Source: Selaginella moellendorffii (lineage: Eukaryota > Plantae > Lycopodiophyta). From it: a stretch of 64,000 nt of DNA. Where the stretch lies: positions 2,795,442-2,859,441 of the forward strand of contig NW_003314268.1 in assembly GCF_000143415.4 (NCBI RefSeq), given 5' to 3'. Shown here piece after piece: positions 1 through 12,223 of this stretch. Each line of letters begins with the position of its first letter. Within the stretch, counting starts at the first letter, position 1. The notes beneath the pieces were generated by a model. The model had not been told where the DNA came from and did no database searches. It saw only the letters and a program-made list of their open reading frames with translations. The translations under genes were made by a program, and so were the position numbers.

Positions 1-41
1 TTTGTCGTAGACTTCTTTTGGCGGGTACCATATTCGTCGTG

Positions 42-203
42 TGTACTTCTGTCTTCGTGGAGTAAAATGGTGATGCCGTGTACTTCTGTCTTCTTGGAGG
101 AAAATGGTGACGCAGCGATAGCGCATGTAGAGTGGACGATTGTCTTCTTGGAGTAACATAGTGATGGAGCTGAAGTGCAATAGAGTGGATGATTGAGCGC
201 CAT
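42..203 (-). repeat. Three imperfect tandem units (core TGTCTTC(T/G)TGGAG-AA-AT-GTGA); possible minus-strand reading frame from ATG ~203 running off the window edge
   Basis: GTGTACTTCTGTCTTCGTGGAGTAAAATGGTGA, GTGTACTTCTGTCTTCTTGGAGGAAAATGGTGA and TGTCTTCTTGGAGTAACATAGTGA in succession; no family recognised. Confidence 0.4.
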
Positions 204-1149
204 AGCAAACAACATACACACTCTTCAGGAAGCTTCCAGTTTTGCTGATAAGAAGAATGTACCAGACTTCACAAAACAAATGGTATCATAAAAAATAATT
301 ATTACTTTCTCACTTCACCAAAAAAATAACATACTAATACATACGTTTAGTAAAATGTATCATGGAAAAAGCAATCATGTCTGAAAGAAAAGGCATAAAA
401 TTGAAAATGTTAAACGTACCACTTATACTATGCACTTAATTAACCAAATTTTGATAGTTTTATTTATTTCATTAATATAATATAGTAAAGAAATAGAAAG
501 GGTTAATGTATAACATAAAAGATCAAATAAATAAGAAATAAGAAAGATCACCATTTCCAGGTTAAAAGAGGAACTTACCAAGCTCAAATAATCATTATCA
601 ACCTTACTAACACTTTTTTTTTCGTTTTTATTAAAGCAACTGCATAGTACAAAAAATTATTAATATGAATATAACATGGAAATAATTCTTGAAATTGTGA
701 AAATCTTTTACTACTTTAGCCACGGAATTAAATTGCAAGGTTTCTACCCTTCCCAATAACTCCAGTTTGCAAGAGCCAACAACAGCCAGAGCATAGGCTT
801 CAGGAATTTTTTTGTGTGTCTTCTGCTGATGATGGCAAATGGATAGATGGTTGTTCATGACAAGTTTTGGCTACTGAGCTCTTGTTGCTTGCAAATCAAA
901 GTCATAAACCTTGAAGCTGACAAGCACTTGACCCTCACCTCCATCAGGATCCAGGAGAGTGACTTGCATGAAGATTTACTTGCTATTGTTAATCTTACAG
1001 GTCTAGAAATTATGTTTAATGGTACTAAACTGTTAAAACAGAAACAGCCATTTTCAAAGATTGGTCTATAGTATTTTCATTGGCAAAGTCTGTATAGCAT
1101 ACATCCAGATTTTCAATCCCTATTTTTTATTCTTGAATGAAACAATATA

Positions 1150-1910
1150 CTATTTATGAAACTTGTTGAGAAACACTTGACACTCCTTCACACACTCCAC
1201 AAGAAGCTTTCCGTCCCATTCAACCCAGGCTTTGTGAATCTCCACTATATCATAGTCTTGATTTTTCTTCAGATACACGCATCCATCATTTGTTGCCACA
1301 ACCAGTGGGAACTCAAGTTCCTCCTTACCTACATGTATAGTGATCCAGTCTCACCTAGTAATATCATACACCTTGCATGAAATAGCATAGTTAGAGCCCA
1401 CTGTTTGTCTCCAATCACCCCAAAGGGCTCAATGTAGTCCTAGCCACCACACAAGGCAATGAAATACCATGTGTTAACGAGCTCCCAAGCTCCAAATCTT
1501 GGTAGACACAAAGTATCCCATGGCGCTCAAGGTGGTGGCTGTTGGCCAGGACGTTGTGAACCACAGGTCCAGTGCCAACACTCACCCATTCACCCTCTTG
1601 GAGCTTCAATACCTCACCTTCGTTCACAAAGGTAGTGGCCAAACCCAATTGCCACCATTTCTAATGCTTGAGATCCCACTTGCTAGATGCTACTATTTCC
1701 TGGTGTTGGATCCACCCTAAACACTTTCTTGGAGTCAAAGCCTTGGCACCAAATTGTGCCCTTGCACACGATGGAAATCCCAAATCCTGTTGTCCCTCTG
1801 GTTGGATAGTTAAGGAGTTGGGAGTGGCTACCATGCAATCTAGTGAGCTTGATACTTGTTGTTATGCCTATGTAGCCTTGGAACTGAGTATAAATTGCAC
1901 CAGAGATTGC
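1150..1910 (-). pseudogene. Decayed beta-propeller (kelch / F-box-associated-like) coding relic
   Basis: Minus-strand peptides across stops and frameshifts: IVCKGTIWCQGFDSKKVFRVDP, GEVLKLQEGEWVSVG, CKVYDITR*DWITI, ending ...FLNKFHK*; family call is pattern-based only. Confidence 0.3.
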
Positions 1911-1984
1911 TATTGTGTTTGCTGAACTAAAGAAAACCTAGACAATGTAATTGTACTGTTCAGACCTTGAAAACAATTGAAGTT

Positions 1985-4900
1985 ATGTTTGATTGACGTA
2001 AGATGTGATGTGGAGATGCACAAATATTCCTCAAGAGCCATGAGAGGAGAATCTACACTAGAGGAAATTAGCAGGAGAGCTAATTATAAAAAAAAGGGCA
2101 ATAATAGGAAAAGATTAGGCTGGGCCTCACTCTTTTTTTGAAGTGTTTAACAACATTTAAAAGTGTTCTTTAAAGTTATTTTAATAAACAATGAAGAGAT
2201 TATAAGTGTTAATAAGATTGCATTTGGTTTTTTATAAGCTTTAGAGTGTTTTAGAGAGCTTTCTTTATAGCTCATAGTTGGCTATTAGCAACAAAGTGTC
2301 CCTAAGCAATTTTGTAATTTTTGTTTGTCTTTCTTGCAACTCTCTAGATTCTCACTTAGGTGTAGTGTAGTAGAATCTATATGGTACAGCACCTCCTGGC
2401 CTCAATTTTAATAGAGACAGGTTCATTGGGTTTTCATGAACTCCTGAATTTAGACTTCCCAGAAGGTCATTTAACTTAATATTATTCAAACACAAGGATG
2501 CTTAACCCTAAGTATCCTAAAACCTTTAACTAATTAAAAAAAATGTTGCACTTTTATTCATGGGCCTTTTTTCTCTATATTTGAACCCATATGGATTATC
2601 CTTAGAAACTTTCTCTTTAATTGTTTATAATCCACTATACTTCCTTATAAGTTCACGCTCTCATAAACTAAAAGAACACCTGCCTTGCTCTTTTAACACC
2701 CTACCTTTACCCAAAGTAAACTAAATTTGCCAGATATCAATCTTAACACATAGTGTGGTTCTTTTAACCAACTAATAGATCTGGACTTAAGACCTTTCTA
2801 ATACTAAATGTAAGCTCCTGAATTTGGACTTATTGGGTTGAGTGAAATGTAAACTCCTAAATTTGGATTTTTTAGGAGGTCACCGAACCCAATATTATTC
2901 AAACTTAAGGATATTTAACCCCAAGTATCCCAAAATCTTTAATCGATTGAAAAAAGGGATGCACTTTTATTTATAAACCCTTTTTCTCATATTTAAACTT
3001 ATACAGATCATCTCTTGAGTCATTCCTCTTGGTTGTTTACAATCTTTAAATCTCTGTTACTTTTGTTCATGTTTTCACATTTTTGGAAAAACTCGCCACA
3101 TAACAAGCCATAGGGCGGAATATCCATTAGTGTTAAAGGCCAATAAGGGTGAGTTCAACTGTTCCTTCTTCCTTGGTATCAAAGGGTAGTAATATATATA
3201 TATTAACATTTGTCATATAAAAAGTGGCTAAATAGAGAAATTTGTTAACTTTTTTTAGAAATGGTAAAAGAATCTCTAAGATTCTCGGGAAGGAGTAGTT
3301 TGCTCTATGGTAGGGGGAAGTTTGACTCTGGGAAAAAAGACGATTCTTGGAGGAGATTTGAGTATGCACTTGGGCAAACATTAATGAGGAATAATGGGCC
3401 AAGAGGTAGTAGCAAGAGGATTTAATCTAACTTTTAGTGGACTTTCAAGAGGAACTTTAACAACATCACCAATAGTAATCACACCAGGAGCTAAATTGCT
3501 AGGAAGTTTTAGGGTAATATCAAGGACCTCTTTAAAAGCTACTAAAAAACCCTCAAATAATCATAAAAGGTGGTTCCTTTCAAAAGACATTCTAGTCTCA
3601 TCCTTCTTCACACCTACTTTTATTCTGCTCTCCTCTATAAGAAATGGTCCTCTCTTACTACCCTATTTATGTTGTGAAGAAATTCATTTAATTTCTTACT
3701 TCTTTCTAATATAGGTATCATCATGTTTCTTTGTTGATTTTTTCACCAAGCACCATATACTAAGCCACTACTTTTTTAAATGTATCTTTATATCATCTAA
3801 AGGTTTGTGCCCTTCTATTAATTTCTTCTCTCCATTATGCTTCTTATAAAGAAAAAACTTAATATAAAGGTGGAAAAATTTATTTGGATAGCACAAAGTT
3901 ATTGTGTTATCCTTGCCACCACTTAAGATGCTGAGTGGTACAACTATCTTACAAACAATCATAATTGTGTTTGATTGACGTGGCACCTAGGGTGTGATAT
4001 AGAGATGCATAGATATCCTTTAGGAGTCATGGGAGAAGAATTTGTGTTAAAAGACAGCAAAAATCTAAAAGAAATTAGTGGGAAGAGAAGTAAGTTAAGC
4101 CTCATCCCTTTTTTAAAGTGTTTAACACTGTTTAAAAGTGTTCTTTAAAGTGATCTTAGTGAGTAGTGAGGAAATTGTTAATGTTAGCGAGATTGCAATT
4201 GAAGTAGTTTTTTATGTTGCAACAAATAGTATGGCTTCATATTAATGAACAAAGCTAAATTGTGGATGCTTATTGTAGCGCATAGAAGTGCAATGTCTAC
4301 ACAATAAAAGGATTGGTAAATTTAGTGCTGGTTCCTCTTGGCTTAGTAGGGGTTATTAGTCAATAGTCAATAAGGACATTGACATCTCTAAAGGGGGAGT
4401 GAGTGTAGTGCATGTAATCATGGGATAAGATTTAAATATACTGTCACCATGGATCCTTAGAACCTTAAAGGATAAATGGGGATAAAATAGCCACTAAGGG
4501 CTTTCTCATCAAGCAATTGCCCCTTTTTTAGTTGGCTTAAGGGGAGAGAAATAGGGTTTGATACACTTACAAAGTTTCACTTCTCATGGAGTAAATTAGT
4601 TAATCAATTGAAATATGAGCAATTTTATTACCTTTTAAGTAAGAAATGCATTATACTCCTATAGTGAACATATATTGCAGCAACACTAGAGAGCTCCAAG
4701 TAAATGTAGATGGTCTTGTAACCAACTTTCTCTTAACCACAACATGAATAGGATGTTGTGGACCAAGAGCTTCAAAAGCACAAACAAACATTTGCTCATA
4801 TTCCCGATATTTAAGATCATCGACAATGCTCAAGCTCACTCAAACTCCTCTTGTGCTAGAGAGTATGGAGTTTAGAAGAGTTCTATTCTCTTTCCTAGCC

Positions 4901-5612
4901 TTTTCTAGCTAAAGCAAGACCATGAAATTAAAGCACTAAGATCAATTTAAAAAGGAGATATACCTTGTTTTCCTTGGTCTAGTATAGGCTTGAAAGGATC
5001 AATGTAGTTTGCTTGATGCGTCAAAACAATAATACATATAACAAAAGGTCTAGGATGGATAAATGGTATTTCAAATGAAAGCTAACCAAAGCCATTTCCA
5101 CCTTAAATTAGAAAGTGTCTCTAGACTCAATTCCTAATATCACCCCCACTTTGTTTGGAACTTGTCTGTGAGGTTTAAAGTCTCCTACAAGCTACCCTAG
5201 ATGAGATTTTGGAGAGGATTGTGGTGCCTTAGCAACACTACTACTAGCCACTGCCACTACCGTATAAACTTATGAGTTTGGACTTCTTGAGAAGTCATTC
5301 AACTCAGTACTATTCAAGGCGAGGCTCTTGAGTGCATGGAGATCATGACCTTACCCAATGCCAAAACATATGCATGAGATATATAATCCTCTTTTACACT
5401 ATACCCTCTCTTCCTTGTGGCATGTAAACAACCAAAGGGAATGATTCAAAAGATGATCTATAAAGGTTTAAATATAGAAGGAAATGGCCTATGAAAAAAC
5501 GTGCACCCTTTTTTCCAATTGGTTAAAGGTCTTGGGATACTTGAGGGTAAACATCTTTGGCTTTGAATAATATTGAGCTAGGTGACCTTCTAGGAAGTTT
5601 AAACTTAAAAGT
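1985..5612. repeat. Dispersed, diverged TE/LTR-like fragments
   Basis: 1985-2240 resembles 3968-4215 (shared AAGTGTTTAAC..TTTAAAAGTGTTCTTTAAAGT); 2440-2640 resembles 2853-3050 (AATATTATTCAAAC..AAGGAT..TTAACCC.AAGTATCC) and is present inverted at ~5423-5612. Confidence 0.6.
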
Positions 5613-5799
5613 TTATATAGTGGTAGTGATGGCTGGTAGTGTTGTTATTGGGGCCCCACAATCCTCTCTAGAATCTCGTCTAGGGCAGCTTATATGAGAC
5701 CCCAAATCTCGTTATATTGACTTGTGATTTGGCAATGTCAATTGCCATTAACACGCTTGAGTGATTTAGCATCTTCCTAGTTAGAGAGCTCACCCCTAA

Positions 5800-6005
5800 A
5801 TGTATAGTAGGGATAGTGGGTAGGTCAGATATGGCCGACCAATCTAAGGCATAGTTCAACTCTCACTTGCATGCCTATCTTTATTTTGCATCTAACTTGG
5901 GTCTAAGCCTAAATTCCGCACCATGCTAGCTAGTAGAGTACCCATATTATCACATTAGGCCACTAGTATGTTAAAATAGTGCCAAACTCCATTTAACTCC
6001 ATTTT
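5800..6005 (+). mobile_element. Old diverged fragment related to the family A LTR
   Basis: TGTATAGTAGGGATAGTGG...CTTGGGTCTAAGCC.AA...GAGTACCC...TTAGGCCAC..GTATG matches 36224-36400; a reverse copy of the same tract lies at ~32765-32834. Confidence 0.55.
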
Positions 6006-8149
6006 GTGTGCTAGTCTAATGAAGAGGTAAATGTTTTATCTTATGTATCATCCCAAGCTGAGCAAAAAAAGAAAGTTTATGCAAAATAGAGTTACACCTA
6101 AGCTTAAGCATCTAAAGAAGAAAAATTTGATCTATGCAATACTCGCTATAAACAAGTGTGAAATAGTTATGAATAGTTATAAAATTATGTAGTATATAAG
6201 TAGCACTTAGACATGTTGGAAAACAACCCCCACTTATTGTTGTATGCATTTATATTAATTAATCATCTTTTCTCCTGCTTATACTTGTTTGTGCAAAGTA
6301 GAATTGAAAGAGTGACATATGTTTATCCTTACTTAAGCCTTTAGGGTTTGAGGTTGAGTTATTTTCTCATTCTTCTTCTACTCTTTTCTACCTTCTTGTC
6401 TTTGTTTGTTTGTCACTATTTTGCAAGTAGGGGCAAAAATACAAGTATAGGTAGAAGAAGTTTTATTCATTTTTGGTGACCACGGTGGGATAAGCCATCA
6501 CTTATTAGCATGAAAACCAGCTGGGAAAAAATTGCTTGTGAATTCCAAATTTGCCTAGTATTAAGAATCACAAATAGATAAATGTTTTAATGATTATAGA
6601 GGCCTTTAGCCCAAATAAAATTAAACGAAGGAGCTCTTTTTGCAATTGCAATGGCTTAGCGTCTAAACAACGTAAGAAAGATAGTTTTACAATTGTTATA
6701 TAATCCATAAAGTATGAGATAAGTTTAAAATTGGAATTTTGCATACATTGCCAAGAAACTCAAGTTTAAATTATTTCACTAGTAATTTCTTGAGAAAAAT
6801 CTAAAAGAAGAAGGAATGGAGTTTGTTTGATGTATAAAACATAATTAACTACTTTACAATCTTTTCCTTCTAAGCAAGTTCTTACTTGGGTTTTTACAAG
6901 ATATATTTTTCAGCAACGTGTCACAATTTTTTTAAACATACACAAGCAAGAAAATTGAGCATTTATAACTTTTGTCTTCAACTCCAGATTAAAGAGAGCT
7001 AAATTCAGCTTTAGTGAATAGCAAATTGGGGAATTATTCACCTAAATATTATAAAGCTTTAATAGAGGTAAAATCACAATTAAAATATTGTACTATCTCA
7101 AGGCTTAGATCCAAAATCTTTTAGCTTGAACAACTACTTAGACACAATTTAAGAGTAAACTTGTCTCGAGTTTAAGTCTCTTATGCATATTGCAAGAACC
7201 TATAAGATTCTAATAAGACTTATAAGTCAAAAATTCAGAAATACTTATTATAAACTGCTCTAATCGTTTAAACCACTTTACAGTTAGTACATTTTAAAAA
7301 ATTAATTAAAGCTCAAAAATTTGTCATATAAGCTTGAACAAAGACTTGTATTGACTATTACCGCCCGTTAGTGAAGAGGCTAGAAAGAAATTTATCTTGA
7401 AAAGAAATTTTTGTTTAGATCTAAAGAAAAATTTTCCACAAATTAGCTATTACATGTTTGAAAAATTATTTAACATCATTCCACAAGCAAATTAATCTAG
7501 AATAGGGTATCATACGCTAAACAATTTAATCCTTGTATTGATTCCACAGGACAATTTTAAAAAGGTTTTCATGCCCCTTTCAAATTAGTTGAAATATATA
7601 AGTATAGACTAACAATTGATCTTATCTATAAAGCTTTAGAGGATATAGTCTTTATACATAAAAGTGTCATTATTTATACCAAATAAACTAATAAATATAC
7701 AACATTTCCTTCATAATCTGATGAGCGGAAGACAATCTGAAAATAAATATTCACAAGATCTAGAATGAGATTACAAAGCACTTGTTCGTGATATTTGCAA
7801 TTTTAACCTCCCTTCAAAGTAGACTAAACCATTACTCAATCAAGTTAGAGAAAAGTTTGAAAGAGAGTGAGTTGAAAGTATATTAAGTACACCTCAATGA
7901 AAAGAAAATCATAAATCCCAATATAACTTTGATAGTCATCTAGAATACTTCTCCTTGATAGTATTGGTACATAAAAAATGCCTTTGCTTTAACTCAGAGT
8001 AGTGGAATACAAAACAATTGAAGTGATTCTTCATAAAAGGAAGAAGAGCAAAATTTACAACCCTTACCCTTTAATAGTGATCTTGATTCCTTTACAAACC
8101 CAACATCTATTTTGTTTATACTAGTTGCAAAATAGAGAATTTTTTATCA

Positions 8150-10000
8150 AATTGCAATGAATATGATGGCAATTGTAAGAAAAAAAACACTGTCATCACA
8201 TATTCATCCTTTTCTAGAATTAAAGGAGAGGACTCACAAGTACATATTGAGCAATACATAGAAGTAATTAAGCTCAATTAGGTAAGAAAAAAATCTTTTC
8301 CCTTATATACTAAAAACAAAGCTAAAGATTGGTACTATGACAATTATATAAAAAAGTTTAGCACATTTGATGAGTAAATAAAGTTTTTTCTTAAAGCTTT
8401 CTCCATAGAAACAATCCCATAAAAAAAACTATAATGAGTTGTAAAAGCTTTATCAAAGAAAATTTGAGATAATCGAAGAATATACAACTTGATTCAACAA
8501 GTGTAATAAATATTGTAAAGACTTAATGTCAGACAAAATGTGCTTACACTTATACATACATGGCCTCAAGAAAATTTATTACAAACATGCGATAAAGAGA
8601 GCTCATACAGATTTTAAGCCATGATTGCCTACCAAAATCTCATCAAACAATATGACATGGTAGATATAGTAAAATTAAACAAAAAGATGATTCCTATAGG
8701 TAAATAAACCAATTATCTAAAAATCCTCAAATTACAAACTAATCTCAAACAAAGGATTTAGTGTACCAAATGCAAAAATGAAGACTATAGCAAAGAAGAA
8801 TGTAAATTTCAACTGATCAAGTGCTAAGTTTGTGAAAAAGAAGGGCATTCAACTAAGGAATGTAAAACTTGATTTAAACAACTAAAAGGCAAACAAGCAA
8901 CCCGAGTTGATAAAATAACACATAGGCAAAACTATGATTATAGTTATAATCAAAGTGGCAAATATGAATACCCATGCATTGAAAGGCAAAATGACTATTG
9001 GGATTATTCACTTAGGGGTAATTTTCAAAATTATCCACCTAGTTATGAAGAAAATAGGAATAAAGACTATAATCAGTTTAAAGAATACAATGAGCCTAAA
9101 GGTTACAATAGGCTTAGAGAATATAAAAGGCCAAAAGAGTATGATCAAGCTAAAACTTCTATTCACTATCTTAAGCCATACAATCAAGTTGAGTCATCAA
9201 GCAAGAATGATAAGCCTCTTAAAGATATACAACCTATAGTTAAATACGTTGAGGTAAAATGGTTAGATACAGAAGAGCCACTTAATATTTGTATTATGAC
9301 TAGAGCACAACAAAGAAGGGCTAAATCTAAAAGCCAAGATGAAGAGAGTGATGATGAAGTAGAAATTATCTCTAACTCTCAATGGTGCTAAAAGAAAAAT
9401 ATCAACATAGAAATCACTTAATAACTTTGACTCCAACACTTCTATATTTATATATCGTGAGGATGTAAAATTCTATTAGTGCTTTATTAAATAAGCTTTT
9501 CTTTTGTCATAATCTTAATTGAAGTTGAGTTTACATTCACATTTGCCATAAGCTACTGATATTAGGTACTAGGATTAATATTTGATAAACATTCTTTCAT
9601 TAATTCAAGTAAAATTTACTAAATAATTAAGTTACATAAAAGTGAATAACAACAATATTATAACTCTCATCATCATCCACTAATGGAATACAAAGTGTAT
9701 GATTTAGTATTACTTCATTTTCCAATACTATAATATGTAAATTGTCTAAGAGGCTGAGTGAAAAGGACTATATTAAATGTTATGGTACTACAAGTTTATG
9801 AGTTTTGACATGACATTCAACAAATCAATCTTCCATAAATATATATATTGAGTAGCTATAAAGTGTTATGTACAAAGAGATCAAGGACAAATTACACTAC
9901 CTATAAATCCTTCAATGACTCTTAATATTCCTCTAGATCCTGAGAAAAAACCATAACAACCTTCCATCCTTCAATTAACAAAAGGAAAAAAAACTTTAAT
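8150..10000 (+). mobile_element. Decayed Ty3/gypsy gag (two zinc knuckles) with protease remnant
   Basis: FPYILK.KAKDWYY gag motif (~8297-8340); CTKCKNEDYSKEEC and C*VCEKEGHSTKEC knuckles (8762-8863); MTRAQQRR at 9296; many stops. Confidence 0.65.
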
Positions 10001-10197
10001 TGCTTTCTATCTATTTGAGAGGGATGTTTGTCTATGATGCTATATGCTATTATTATTATAATAGAATTTTGATAGTTGTTATATTTGTTGCAATCTGGAT
10101 TACTCACTCTTGTATGTAAGCTACTATTTTTAGGCTAATCAAATATACACATTTCTATGTTCCATGCACTCACAATTATTTTATATTTTAAGAATAG

Positions 10198-10200
<3 letters not shown>

Positions 10201-10250
<50 letters not shown>
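10201..10250. repeat. (AT)25 microsatellite
   Basis: Direct reading. Confidence 0.98.
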
Positions 10251-10253
<3 letters not shown>

Positions 10254-10701
10254 TTCTATCAAATAAAATTTAATAATATATTAACTTTTAGTTTTATTAA
10301 AAATGTATTATAGGTAAAGCATATTATAATATCAGCCAATTTTAAATAATTTTATTTAAATATTAAAAAACAAATTCTAGCAAACTTGTCAGCTAAAAAC
10401 ATTAAAAAAACATTTTATAAGTAAATTTTTTAATATTGCCAGTTGTATGAAGGTAAATTTATGTTTAAAAATATATCAAAAATATGATATAGGAACATTA
10501 AAGGAACATTAAAGAAGGTTCACTATATTGTTGCTAAAAGAAGCTAGCTAATAATATTATATCACATTAGAAGATAAAAGTATTCAGAAATAGTTTTATC
10601 AAAAGTATTTATTTATTTATTTTTTATAGTATTGAAATATCTTTAAAATTTATATGAGAATTTTCATGATACTTTATTAAAGTAATTTAAAATACTAAAA
10701 T

Positions 10702-11516
10702 ATGTTAGCTATGATTTTCTTTTTCTTGATTCAACCATGTTATCAAGTTTCATATACATGGGGAAATACAGGTAAGTTAAATGAACAAGATATCAATGAT
10801 ATTATTAATAAAGGAATTTATGAACTTACTAGAAAATTAATTCTTACTGAAAAATATTCACCAAAATATGTTGATTTTAAATTAATTACAGTTTCTCAAG
10901 GTATAGTTTGTGTGGCAATAAGAAGATTAGGGGGATTTTGTGATGAAGAATTTTTAAATATAACTATTAAAGGATCAACTATAAGCCGCCAAATAAATGA
11001 GCTAACTGAAAATCATCACCAATTAATGATTATACAAGGCGCAGATGCAGCACAAATAACTGCACGTTTATATGAAATACAGTATGCTGTAATAATTTGG
11101 AAAAATAAAAGTACATATTTATCTAGAAGTAAATTCAATACTATCATTTCTTCACTTAAAGATTGTCATATTTCATTAACTACACTTGACAGTAGTTTTC
11201 CAATTTATCAAATATTATATAAAGGTAATTTTTTAATATCACAAAATAAAAAGAATTTGCTATTTTTACAATCTAATTAAATATAATATTTGAAACATCT
11301 AGTTTTTATGATAAGGGTAACTGTATTTTAATAAATCAAAATGATGGTAACTTAGTTTTATATGGTGGTAATTTTCAAAAATTTTTATGGTCCATAGAAA
11401 AATATTGTTCAATAAAACGTTGTTTTATTTTTACATATATAATATTACAAAATGACTGTAATTTAGTATCTTACAAGTTAAATGCACTTAATACAGTTTG
11501 GTGGGCATTGAAGTAA
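10702..11516 (+). pseudogene. Intronless secreted-type protein: signal-like N-terminus, unknown ~150 aa domain, and bulb-type (GNA/B) mannose-binding lectin domain; frameshifted at ~11280
   Basis: ORF 10702-11280 (MLAMIFFFLIQPCYQ...ILYKGNFLISQNKKNLLFLQSN); shifted frame 11283-11516 encodes QNDGNLVLY (11337-11363) and QNDCNLVSY (11448-11474), the QxDxNxVxY signature, each followed by LW/VWW. Confidence 0.7.
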
Positions 11517-12223
11517 TTTTTATATATTGAGATTTTAATCAAAATAATCACAAGCTGCAATTGTAATAGACTCTCCAAGAATATCTAAGCATAATATAAT
11601 ACTGTGATTTTTTGGTCTTAAGCTTTTGTCAAATTGTAGTCAAGTTTTAAGGTTAATCTTTTTAATAAAAACTGTGAGATAGCATGATTTCAGCTACACT
11701 ATCAATGAATTAAAACCATATCATTTAACTTGCTGTGAGCCCCACTTACAATAGAAGTAAAAAGCAATCAATCATTCTCAGCCTAAGCTCAAACACTTGG
11801 CCAATGGTGTTCCAGTTGATGCCACAGCCAGATTGATAAGAAAAGGACTAGCAAAAGGATAGGCAAAGTAGAAGGCAAAGAAGGCTGTCTTAAGTTAGAT
11901 TATGAAATTATTCCTATTATACCAGATTTGGTAGATGATACAATTACCGAGAAAGGTGATTGTCATTTACCTAGAAAAACAAGTAGTTCTGGCAAGGGAG
12001 CAATGTTATAAATGACACAATTGCCAAGAAAAGTGAATAACATCAACTTAGAATTCCTATTGTGTTTGTCTCCTCTTCTTCTAGCAAAGGAACAATTGAA
12101 GACTCATTCTTAAAGACAAGAGAGTGAGGCTAAAAATAAGTGTAGGAGGAAAATTATTGGCCTAGGGCAGAAACACAATAATGTGGTATAGATTTTGAAA
12201 GCTTATTTATAAAAATTAATTAT

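Noticed and set aside
8934-9239. 101 aa Ile/Lys-rich ORF
   Set aside because: Off-frame reading of the low-complexity post-knuckle gag region
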